DNA from: an uncultured Gammaproteobacteria bacterium
GTDB taxonomy: Bacteria > Patescibacteriota > Patescibacteriia > Magasanikbacterales > GWA2-37-8
Assembly: GCA_964496095.1 (NCBI GenBank)
Contig: CAZBWU010000002.1
Location: forward strand, 15,595 to 79,594
DNA length: 64,000 bases
Direction of reading: 5' to 3'
The notes below the pieces were generated by a model, which ran no database searches, was not told the DNA's origin, and saw only the letters and a list, made by a program, of their open reading frames with translations. The position numbers and the translations under genes were made by a program. The stretch's first letter is position 1. Every line of letters starts with the position of its first letter. Shown one piece after another: positions 9,303-17,024 of the stretch.

Positions 9303-9722
9303 ATGACGACTCATGACTGGAGAAAGCGCACGTCGGAGGGCGAGAAGCAACGACTGATCGGCAGGGCGTGGGGGTCGGTGGTGGGCACCTACCTCTGGTA
9401 CGAGATCGGGGAACGCGATCAGATCGTTCGCGAGCGGCCGAACATCATCGCCAACTGCTTCACCGATCACGTGGTGGTGCCCGGTGACATCGAGTGTCAC
9501 CGCAGCAAGTACCTCGCGGGCAACCCATGGCTCCTGCGACTGCGCGGCGGCAATCTCATCTTGCACCCCTCGCTGATCTGGGGGGGAGCAAGGCGCTACT
9601 GCCCGCTCTACCAGATCGGGCACGTGGTCGAGAGCAAGTGCGTGGACGACTGCCTCAACTTCTGGCAACGGATGGACGTCAACGCTCGCGCCGGCGGGCA
9701 CAGCCACAGCGACGACATCTGA
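9303..9722 (+). CDS. Hypothetical protein encoded in a GC-rich island (foreign-looking cassette)
   Basis: 139-aa ORF preceded by a strong SD (aaaggaggg, 7 nt from the ATG). The local GC content is far above the flanking DNA, the amino-acid composition is protein-like (W, Y, C, H rich), and a terminator follows. No recognised domain. Confidence 0.45.
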   Translation: MTTHDWRKRTSEGEKQRLIGRAWGSVVGTYLWYEIGERDQIVRERPNIIANCFTDHVVVPGDIECHRSKYLAGNPWLLRLRGGNLILHPSLIWGGARRYCPLYQIGHVVESKCVDDCLNFWQRMDVNARAGGHSHSDDI

Positions 9723-9866
9723 TCATGCCCTTCGGGGCCAGATCCGCGAGCGGCTCGGGCGCACCATACGACCCGACCACCGCTCAGATCCCAGACCCGA
9801 GCCGTTCACGCAATCTAATAATTAATTTGTTAAATTGCGCGAGCTCGGATCTGTATATAATTTAAA

Positions 9867-9897
9867 AACCCCGCCTTTCACGAAAGGCGGGGTTTTT
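9867..9897. terminator. Bidirectional rho-independent terminator between the GC island and ftsL
   Basis: aaaaaccccgcctttcacgaaaggcggggttttt: a perfect GC stem with A/T runs on both sides. Confidence 0.65.
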
Positions 9898-9918
9898 AGT
9901 ATATTTTTTTATTCAAAC

Positions 9919-10281
9919 TTACCTCTTCGCAACCTCATTATTATTAAAGCTCAATTGCTTGGCAACTCCAACTGATTCAACCATGTTTAATTTTTCAACT
10001 CTAGTCGCAATACTATTTATAGAACTATTATCTGCGATTTGTACTTCTAATTTTTGAATTTCATCTTGAAGACTATCTGTTTTTTGTTCTAACACTTTTA
10101 TTTGATAACCACTGGTCGCAGAAGCGGAAATATTAAAAATATAAGCCGCACCAAAAATAAATATAATTGAAAATAAACCAACACGAACCGCACGAGAATT
10201 CAGCCATCCAGGCAAACTAATAGTCTGTAAAGAAAATTTGAAATTCTGATATTTATTTTTGATTTGGCGTTTGATGGACAT
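9919..10281 (-). CDS. ftsL: Cell division protein FtsL-like (septum formation initiator family)
   Basis: 120 aa with a single TM helix followed by a coiled coil, located immediately downstream of rsmH in the conserved dcw order mraZ-rsmH-ftsL. Confidence 0.5.
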   Translation of the reverse strand: MSIKRQIKNKYQNFKFSLQTISLPGWLNSRAVRVGLFSIIFIFGAAYIFNISASATSGYQIKVLEQKTDSLQDEIQKLEVQIADNSSINSIATRVEKLNMVESVGVAKQLSFNNNEVAKR

Positions 10282-10286
10282 ACGAA

Positions 10287-11210
10287 TTAAATTTTTTCCA
10301 TAACCCTTAGTTTAGCGCTTCTGGCTCGTGGATTTGTCTCCAGCTCAGCTTCTGAGGCGATAATGGGTTTTTTATTAATTAATTTTATAGTTCTATTTTC
10401 GATTGATTTGAAATATTGTTTAACTATCCTATCTTCCAGCGAATGAAAGGTAATAACCGCTAATCTACCACCGCTTACGAGCACTTCTACGGCTTGCGGT
10501 AAGGCTTTTTTAAGATTTTCTAATTCGTGATTAACTTCTATTCGCAGTGCTTGGAATACTTTTGTGGCCGGATGTAAACCGCCAATCCAAGGAACTTCTT
10601 TTTGCGAATTTAATTTTTCTCTATACGCTTGTAAAATTATTTCTGTTAACTCTCCTGTCTTTTCTATTTTTTTATTTTTTCTATAAACTGTTATTGCTTT
10701 GGCAATCTCTCGGCTCAGTTGTTCTTCGCCTAAATTTTTAAAAATCACAGCCAACTCATTTTCACTATAACTATTTACCACCTCAGCAGCCGTCCAACTT
10801 TCGCCTTCAGATTTGAGCATCTCACCAGAGTCATACCGCATATCTAGGACCTCGTCTGTCAAAAAGCTAAATCCTCTCCCCCGCTCTTCAAATTGCGGTG
10901 TGGACCAACCCAAGTCCATCAAAATTGCATTTACTGTTTTAAAATCGTTTTTTTCAACAATATTTTTTAAATTGGCAAAATTGTCTCTTACTAGTACGGC
11001 TTTATCCTCAAATCGATACAGAAATCTTTTAGCTCGCAAAATCGCTTCTAGATCCAAATCTATGCCAAGCAATTTGCCAGTCGGCGCAATCTTCTCCAGC
11101 ATGGCTTCGCTATGCCCTGCATCACCGAGTGTACAATCAATGACATTGCTTCCTGCTTTTAGTTGTAAAGAGTCAATCGTTTCAGTTGGTAATACCGGTA
11201 CATGTTTCAT
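10287..11210 (-). CDS. rsmH: 16S rRNA (cytosine1402-N4)-methyltransferase RsmH (MraW)
   Basis: N-terminal VPVL motif, SAM-binding region (DCTLGDAGHSEAMLEK) and a 307-aa length. Adjacent to mraZ. Confidence 0.9.
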   Translation of the reverse strand: MKHVPVLPTETIDSLQLKAGSNVIDCTLGDAGHSEAMLEKIAPTGKLLGIDLDLEAILRAKRFLYRFEDKAVLVRDNFANLKNIVEKNDFKTVNAILMDLGWSTPQFEERGRGFSFLTDEVLDMRYDSGEMLKSEGESWTAAEVVNSYSENELAVIFKNLGEEQLSREIAKAITVYRKNKKIEKTGELTEIILQAYREKLNSQKEVPWIGGLHPATKVFQALRIEVNHELENLKKALPQAVEVLVSGGRLAVITFHSLEDRIVKQYFKSIENRTIKLINKKPIIASEAELETNPRARSAKLRVMEKI

Positions 11211-11220
11211 ATTGTTTTTA

Positions 11221-11652
11221 TTACACTCCTAGCTCCCCCATCTTCTCAGCAATCGCTCCACTTTCGGCTTCAGTTTGATTCTTGTATTTATTCCATAATT
11301 CATCATCCCAGATTTCCAAGCGATTATAGAGACCGGCAACAACCAAAGTTTTTTTGATACTAGCAAACTTACGTAAGTACTCTGGCAAAATCACTCGGCC
11401 TTGTTTATCAAGTTCTACATCCATCGCACCAGCAAGCATGAGTCTAGAAAAAGCACGACTGTTGGATTGACTAATTGGCAGAGCGGCTAATTTCTCAGCG
11501 AGTTTTTCCCATTCAGTTTTGGTATAAAGAAAAAGACAATTATCCAAACCTCTAGTAACGACTGCGCCTTTGCTAAGTTCACGACGAAATTTAGCTGGAA
11601 TAGCCATTCTGCCTTTATCATCTAGATTGTGGCTATATTCACCAATGAACAT
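11221..11652 (-). CDS. mraZ: Transcriptional regulator MraZ
   Basis: 143 aa with the duplicated MraZ fold signature (KGRMAIPAKFRREL ... KQGRVILPEYLRKF). Confidence 0.9.
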   Translation of the reverse strand: MFIGEYSHNLDDKGRMAIPAKFRRELSKGAVVTRGLDNCLFLYTKTEWEKLAEKLAALPISQSNSRAFSRLMLAGAMDVELDKQGRVILPEYLRKFASIKKTLVVAGLYNRLEIWDDELWNKYKNQTEAESGAIAEKMGELGV

Positions 11653-11717
11653 ATGATTGTGAAATTTTATTTAAGCAGGAAGACAAGCATTTTCCCCACT
11701 TCATACCACTACAACCC

Positions 11718-11746
11718 ATTTTACACCACTTCTAAACACAAGTCAA
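11718..11746 (-). promoter_or_regulatory. Candidate sigma70 promoter for the mraZ operon (TTGACT-17-TAAAAT)
   Basis: On the minus strand, TTGACT (plus-strand 11741-11746), a 17-nt spacer and TAAAAT (plus-strand 11718-11723), roughly 65 nt upstream of the mraZ ATG. Confidence 0.35.
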
Positions 11747-11787
11747 CATTTTATGCCATTTTAAACACGTATTTTTTTGGCTAATAT

Positions 11788-11817
11788 AAAACAAAAACAG
11801 CCCCCTTGTGGGAGCTG
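11788..11817 (-). terminator. Rho-independent terminator of the coiled-coil protein gene
   Basis: Minus-strand hairpin CAGCTCCCACAAGGGGGCTG followed by TTTTTGTTTT. Confidence 0.55.
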
Positions 11818-11847
11818 TGGATAAGATTTATTAAATTATTATAAATT

Positions 11848-12237
11848 CTATGCCAAACCCAAAGCCGGCTTAACATGTCTCATATCTTTTTCCAAAACTT
11901 CAACTCTGTCTGTCAGATTTTTTTGATCATGGGCTAACAGGGTTTGCTCTTCGTCTTTTTTGGTATATAAACCAACAATTTTATCTAAGGTGTTCATTAT
12001 TTTTGACATATCTTCTTTTGTAGCCATGTTATCCAAAACATAATCAAGCTTCTCGCTATGTTCCGCGACTGTGCGAGCCAAAAAATCAAGCTTCTGATCA
12101 TGATCTTCAAGCTTGTCATCTATTTTATCAAACTTTTTATCTATGTTATCAAACTTAAAAACAAACTCTTCAAGTTTGTTATCTATTTTATCAAATCTTT
12201 TTTCTTGTTCCATAAAATTTGTCCCAATTTTTAACAC
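11848..12237 (-). CDS. Hypothetical coiled-coil protein with FDKIDxKLE-type repeats
   Basis: 129 aa with repeated FDKIDNKLEEF / FDNIDKKFDKIDDKLEDH units. No recognisable domain. Confidence 0.4.
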   Translation of the reverse strand: MLKIGTNFMEQEKRFDKIDNKLEEFVFKFDNIDKKFDKIDDKLEDHDQKLDFLARTVAEHSEKLDYVLDNMATKEDMSKIMNTLDKIVGLYTKKDEEQTLLAHDQKNLTDRVEVLEKDMRHVKPALGLA

Positions 12238-12273
12238 TTGTTATTATACTATTTCAACAAATTAACTGTCAAA

Positions 12274-13629
12274 CTATACCTCAACCTCCAACCCAAAGAT
12301 CACCGGCATTGCCTGTATCCCCAAATCTTCTGTCACTTTTTTTGCCAGAATTGCTGACACCCCCGGTTCGCCATGATTGAACAAAACTTTTTTCGGCTTG
12401 CTTTTATTACTATCTATCCATTTCATTAGTTTGGCTTGATCGCCGTGGGCTGATAAGGCGCCAATGGCTTTGATTTGGCAATGCACCGGAATATGTTCTC
12501 CCATAATTTCTACAGGTGACTGACCGTCCAGAATTCTTCTACCCAATGTATTTTCTGATTGATAACCAATAATAAGCAACGTATTTCTGGCATCCGACAA
12601 ATAACGCATCGCATGATGCATAATACGCCCCCCATTCATCATCCCCGAACCGGCAATAACTATTTTTGGTCCCGGTACATTATTTATTTTTTTTGATTCT
12701 TCTTTGGTTTCCGTCATCACCAGTCCTGGGAAATCAAACAATTCATCGCCATTTTTATATAACTTCGCTGCTTCCACATCGTAATACTTAGGATATTTAA
12801 GATACGTTCTGATAGCTTTGATAGCCAAGGGACTATCCAAAAAAATCGGCACTTTTGGCAAGATATGCTGACGATCAATGAGATTATTTAATTCATAAAT
12901 TAATTCTTGCGTTCGCTCTAGAGAAAAAGATGGGATCATTAGCGTGCCTCCGCGAGCAATCGCTTCGCGAATAAGAGTTGCCAAAATTTCTTGACGTCTA
13001 GTAATAGTTTCATGCAAACGATTACCATAAGTAGATTCACAAACAAGCACATCTATACCGGCTGGGAGGTTTTCGGTTTCTTTTAAGATCGGCACATTGA
13101 CATTGCCAACATCGCCTGAGAACACAACACGCTTTCCTTCGGCTTCAACTTCTACAAACGCAGAACCAAAAATATGACCTGCATCGTGCAGTGTAAAAGA
13201 TACTTCCGGAGTGAGAGTAAATTTTTCATTATATTCAACCGGCTTAAATCTTTCCATTACTTTTGTAATATCACCTTCGTCATACAAAGCTGGAATATTG
13301 TAATGAGTCTGGTTATATAACATGATATGCAAAGCATCTTCCATAATCAGTTCGGCCAGTTCTATCGTCGGAGGGGTGGCATAAAAACGACCTTCATAAC
13401 CGTCTTTGACTAGTAGTGGCAATCGACCCACGTGGTCAAGATGAGCGTGAGTGATAATTACCCCAGATAATTCTGACGGTTTAAAAGAAAGTTGATCTTT
13501 ATTTTTGGCTTCACTAAATTGATTGCCTTGAAACATTCCGCAGTCAACCAAAAAATGCTTAGCACCAACCGTAAACATACTGCAAGAACCTGTGACTTCG
13601 CCTGCCGCGCCGAAGAAAGACAACTTCAT
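12274..13629 (-). CDS. MBL-fold beta-CASP ribonuclease (RNase J-like)
   Basis: HAHLDHVG motif, beta-CASP and MBL motifs, and a conserved N-terminus MKLSFFGAAGEVTGSC. The track ORF extends a further 49 aa upstream through the repeat E3; ATG 13627-13629 is taken as the likely true start. Confidence 0.8.
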   Translation of the reverse strand: MKLSFFGAAGEVTGSCSMFTVGAKHFLVDCGMFQGNQFSEAKNKDQLSFKPSELSGVIITHAHLDHVGRLPLLVKDGYEGRFYATPPTIELAELIMEDALHIMLYNQTHYNIPALYDEGDITKVMERFKPVEYNEKFTLTPEVSFTLHDAGHIFGSAFVEVEAEGKRVVFSGDVGNVNVPILKETENLPAGIDVLVCESTYGNRLHETITRRQEILATLIREAIARGGTLMIPSFSLERTQELIYELNNLIDRQHILPKVPIFLDSPLAIKAIRTYLKYPKYYDVEAAKLYKNGDELFDFPGLVMTETKEESKKINNVPGPKIVIAGSGMMNGGRIMHHAMRYLSDARNTLLIIGYQSENTLGRRILDGQSPVEIMGEHIPVHCQIKAIGALSAHGDQAKLMKWIDSNKSKPKKVLFNHGEPGVSAILAKKVTEDLGIQAMPVIFGLEVEV

Positions 13630-13643
13630 ATAAATAAGGTATC

Positions 13644-13719
13644 TGTCATCCTGAATGAAATGAAGGATCTCTGTCTCAATCACCGCCGGACAGAGATTCT
13701 TCGCAAGCTCAGAATGACA
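13644..13719. repeat. MITE/REP-like palindromic element copy E3, 15 nt upstream of the RNase J-like start
   Basis: tgtcatcctgaatgaaatgaaggatctctgtc ... ccggacagagattcttcgcaagctcagaatgaca. An open reading frame is retained through it. Confidence 0.75.
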
Positions 13720-13821
13720 ATTAAAAAATGCTTTATTGACTGGATAAAGTATACCAAAGAAAATAATATAAAACAAAAAAGCACGCGGGTGCGAGCAATA
13801 ATTTAAAACTTTATTTATGAG

Positions 13822-13850
13822 GGCTGGGTCGAGGAACGGTCGACCCAGCC
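13822..13850 (-). terminator. Hairpin (11-bp perfect stem) downstream of the Cys-rich island gene
   Basis: GGCTGGGTCGA-ggaacgg-TCGACCCAGCC. The downstream tract is only weakly T-rich. Confidence 0.3.
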
Positions 13851-13946
13851 ACGTGGCATGATGGTCTACCGTTCCTAGGTGGTCAGGCTAATAGCCCGAC
13901 CGTTGTTGGCGGTGGCTCAGCCACCCGTCGGCACGCCCCTTGCGGG

Positions 13947-14309
13947 CTAGCCGTGCTTGCAGGCGCAGCCGTTGCCCTTGTCGTCGCAGCCCGTCCAGTG
14001 CAGGCAGAAGGGCACGCAGGTGAAGCCCTGAGCCTCGACCTGCGCACAGCAGTCCGTGTCACCCCCGACACCGCACTCCATGCAGATCGCCGCCCAGAGG
14101 TTGTCACCGCAGTCGATGACGTACACTCCGCGAGCCGCGGCTTCCGGGGTGGAGTTGTCCTCCTCCGTGCAGGCCGCGCCGGTGCAGGACGAGTCGTTGT
14201 CGTTGATGCGGGTGACGAGGGTCACACCGTCATCGGTGGGGACGTCCTCCGTACAACCACCGACGGTGAGGGTGGCGAGGACCGCGAGCAAAGTGGTGAA
14301 GGTACGCAT
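13947..14309 (-). CDS. Secreted (probable lipo)protein, cysteine-rich, encoded in a GC-rich island
   Basis: 120 aa with signal peptide MRTFTTLLAVLATLTVGGC and about 18 Cys in the mature part (CxxC, CC and CxC motifs). SD aggag about 10 nt upstream. The local GC is far above the genome background. Confidence 0.5.
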   Translation of the reverse strand: MRTFTTLLAVLATLTVGGCTEDVPTDDGVTLVTRINDNDSSCTGAACTEEDNSTPEAAARGVYVIDCGDNLWAAICMECGVGGDTDCCAQVEAQGFTCVPFCLHWTGCDDKGNGCACKHG

Positions 14310-14473
14310 TTTTGAAACTGACTCCTGTCAAGAAAACGCCTTCGAGGAAACCTTTCCTCGGTTAGACCCCAACACCTTGCCCTATTTTCCCCTTTTTGTC
14401 AAGGGTTTTATCCCCATTTTTATATGTTTTTTGAGATGTTCAAAAACAAATTTTTCTGCTACAATAATGCAAT

Positions 14474-15145
14474 ATGCGAAGAAACATAAACAATGTTGAA
14501 ATAGTTGAACCACCAATTGGCGAACTGACCAAAAAATACTCCGCTTTCTCGGCTATAAAACGCGCCTGCCTGACTGGTTGCGGTTGTTTGGTTTTTGTGA
14601 TTATTGCTGTTATCATTATTATTCGCCTGGTGATGGGAAGCGGCCCCACCACTCTCAAATCTGTACCAGAAAACTTCCCGTCCGATATACCAGTTTATGA
14701 CCCAGACAGAATCGAACAAATCACTTTTATTTCCGGCAAATACAAAAATCGAGGCATAGAGATTGCGGCCTTATTCCCCAAAATCATCCTCTCTCCCCTG
14801 CTCGTCACTTTAGATAAGGGTTCTCAAAATAACATTACCGCTGATAAAAATACTTCCATCAAAAATTTATGGAACACAATTAGCGCGCCTGTGAGCGACC
14901 ATCGCGACACAGTGCAAATTGAATGGCGCAAGCTGGATGCTGAACCACCGTATGTCATCACCTATTACAAAACCGAATTACAAAAAGAATCATACAAAAT
15001 AGATGTGGAAAGCGAAGGTGATAATGTCCAACAATTTTCTTTTAGTAAGGGCGAAGTAAGCGGATCAATGTATGTGCAGGGCCCGCCTGGGCAAGGATCG
15101 GATTATGCGGTGCTGACTGTCAACTTAATCAATAAACCAGAATAA
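14474..15145 (+). CDS. Hypothetical membrane-anchored protein
   Basis: 223 aa with one N-terminal TM helix (CLVFVIIAVIIIIRLV). No recognisable domain. Confidence 0.4.
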   Translation: MRRNINNVEIVEPPIGELTKKYSAFSAIKRACLTGCGCLVFVIIAVIIIIRLVMGSGPTTLKSVPENFPSDIPVYDPDRIEQITFISGKYKNRGIEIAALFPKIILSPLLVTLDKGSQNNITADKNTSIKNLWNTISAPVSDHRDTVQIEWRKLDAEPPYVITYYKTELQKESYKIDVESEGDNVQQFSFSKGEVSGSMYVQGPPGQGSDYAVLTVNLINKPE

Positions 15146-15153
15146 ATTTCAAC

Positions 15154-15299
15154 TGTCATCCCGAGCGAAGCCGCTCCTGCGGCTGACGAGGGATCTAAAC
15201 ATTAATTTTAATTTAATGAATAGATTCCTCACACCTAAAGGGGGTTCGGAATGACAACGACCAACCGGACAGAGATTCTTCACTCCGTTCAGAATGACA
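15154..15299. repeat. Composite MITE/REP-like elements E4 (full unit plus half unit) between the stop of the previous gene and murJ
   Basis: tgtcatcccgagcgaagccgctcctgcggctgacgagggatct ... ggttcggaatgaca, followed by accaaccggacagagattcttcactccgttcagaatgaca. Confidence 0.75.
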
Positions 15300-15333
15300 A
15301 GGAACAAACCAGATAGATACAAAAAATAAAAAT

Positions 15334-16950
15334 ATGCTCAAAATTCTCAACAGCCAATTAAAATCAATCACCAGCGCCGCCATTATTATTTCTGGCGCGA
15401 CCTTGGTTAGTCGCGTTGTTGGATTAGCTCGGGATAGAATCTTTGCGCACTACTTCGGCGTGGGACCAGTGATGGATTCATATTACGCTGCTTTTAGAAT
15501 TCCGGATTTGATTTATAATCTGCTTATTGTCGGCGCGCTCAGCGCCGGTTTTATCCCTACTTTTACCAAACTATTTAATCAAAGCGAAGACAAAACTCCG
15601 GCCTGGAAATTGGCAAATAATATTTTAAATATCACCGCCATATCTCTGGCTATACTTAGTTTTTTTGGCATGTTATTTACTCCAGCTCTGACAAACCTTA
15701 TTGCTCCCGGATTTGATAACGCCTCCAAAGAACTAGTGACGAGTTTTACTAGAATCATGTTTGGCTCAACTGTTATGCTCGGACTATCTATGGTTATCGG
15801 TGGAGTCCTGCAATCTCTACGTGCTTTTTTCTTATATTCTCTAGCGCCAATTTTTTATAATCTTGGCATTATTGTCGGAGCCGTGGTACTGGTGCCACTG
15901 ATGGGCATAAGAGGCTTGGCTTGGGGTGTGGTCCTCGGTGCTTTTATGCACCTATCACTCCAAATATATAGCGCCTATGCCAATGGTTATAAATGGAAAT
16001 GGTACTTTAATCTCAAAGATCAAAACGCCAAAATAATCGGCAAGCTCATGGTACCACGCACTTTGGGACTAGCTATTAACCAACTCAATCTAGTTATCAT
16101 CACTATCCTTGCTTCTTGGCTTCCGACAGGCAGTGTAACAATTTTTAATTTTGCCAATAACTTGCAAGCTGTGCCTATCGGCATTATCGGCATACCATTT
16201 GCGATCGCAGTATTCCCCGTACTCTCGGCGGCCGCTGCCAAAAACGATATAGATGAATTTATCAAAAATCTATCATCAACAATCAGACAGATTTTATTTT
16301 TAATAATCCCCTGCGCTATTATTTTTCTACTTCTGCGAGCCCAAATCGTACGCGTGATATTAGGCACAGGCAAATTCAATTGGGATGCAACCATAAGCAC
16401 TGGCAACACTTTGGCTTTTTTTGCGCTGAGTATGTTTGCCCAGGCTCTTATCCCGCTAGTGGCTCGCGCTTTCTATGCGCTTGCCAATACCAAAACTCCT
16501 TTTATCATCGGCATCATCTCGGAGCTAACTAGTATTATTGCGGCTCTCTTGCTGATGAAACCGTTTGGCGTCGCTGGCTTGGCTTTGGCATTTTCTATTG
16601 GCTCTATTTTAAATTTAATTATTTTAAGTATATATCTAAGAAATACTCTCACAAAAATTAATGGCGACAAAATCTTTTCTTCTTTTTATAGAATAATTAT
16701 AGCAGCCATCCCAATGGCTCTACTAATACAATATATCAAAGATCCGCTAGCTAAAATTTTTAATCAAGACTATTTTTGGGGTATCCTAGGCCAAGGATTG
16801 GTAGCGGGGCTGGCTGGTCTAGCAATCTATCTTATACTGTGTTATCTTTTGAGGGTGCCAGAGCTACTTCAGATCAAAGAAAGCCTTACGAACCGGTTCC
16901 TACGACCAAAACAAGTCCAAACTCAAGAATCTATTGAAACAAACGCTTAA
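15334..16950 (+). CDS. murJ: Lipid II flippase MurJ (MviN)
   Basis: 538 aa, polytopic, with the conserved MurJ N-terminus (SRVVGLARDRIFAHYFGVGPVMDSYYAAFRIPD). Confidence 0.85.
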   Translation: MLKILNSQLKSITSAAIIISGATLVSRVVGLARDRIFAHYFGVGPVMDSYYAAFRIPDLIYNLLIVGALSAGFIPTFTKLFNQSEDKTPAWKLANNILNITAISLAILSFFGMLFTPALTNLIAPGFDNASKELVTSFTRIMFGSTVMLGLSMVIGGVLQSLRAFFLYSLAPIFYNLGIIVGAVVLVPLMGIRGLAWGVVLGAFMHLSLQIYSAYANGYKWKWYFNLKDQNAKIIGKLMVPRTLGLAINQLNLVIITILASWLPTGSVTIFNFANNLQAVPIGIIGIPFAIAVFPVLSAAAAKNDIDEFIKNLSSTIRQILFLIIPCAIIFLLLRAQIVRVILGTGKFNWDATISTGNTLAFFALSMFAQALIPLVARAFYALANTKTPFIIGIISELTSIIAALLLMKPFGVAGLALAFSIGSILNLIILSIYLRNTLTKINGDKIFSSFYRIIIAAIPMALLIQYIKDPLAKIFNQDYFWGILGQGLVAGLAGLAIYLILCYLLRVPELLQIKESLTNRFLRPKQVQTQESIETNA

Positions 16951-17024
16951 GACTATATGACTGAAAACATTCGCAACTTTTGTATCCCTGTAGTAGAAAC
17001 TAAAGTTTCACTACAGGGCAAGTA

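Noticed and set aside
9303-9722. ADP-ribosyltransferase-like toxin assignment for the GC-island protein
   Set aside because: The R/STS/ExE catalytic triad could not be recognised. Left as hypothetical.
9261-9865. Long antisense and alternative-frame ORFs in GC island 1 (9261..9707 minus, 9494..9865 plus)
   Set aside because: GC-rich DNA keeps most frames open. These ORFs have an Ala/Arg/Pro-heavy composition typical of antisense artefacts and no SD. The 9303..9722 plus-strand ORF has a strong SD and protein-like composition.
13630-13776. 49-aa N-terminal extension of the RNase J-like ORF in the track (start at 13776)
   Set aside because: The extension is encoded by repeat element E3 and upstream spacer. 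The conserved beta-CASP N-terminus begins at MKLSFFGAAGE (ATG 13627-13629). The open frame through the element is noted in the findings but is not taken as the real start.
13953-14499. Plus-strand ORFs 13953..14315 and 14056..14499 overlapping the Cys-rich gene
   Set aside because: Same GC-rich open-frame artefact. They lack an SD and have a biased A/R/G/V composition.
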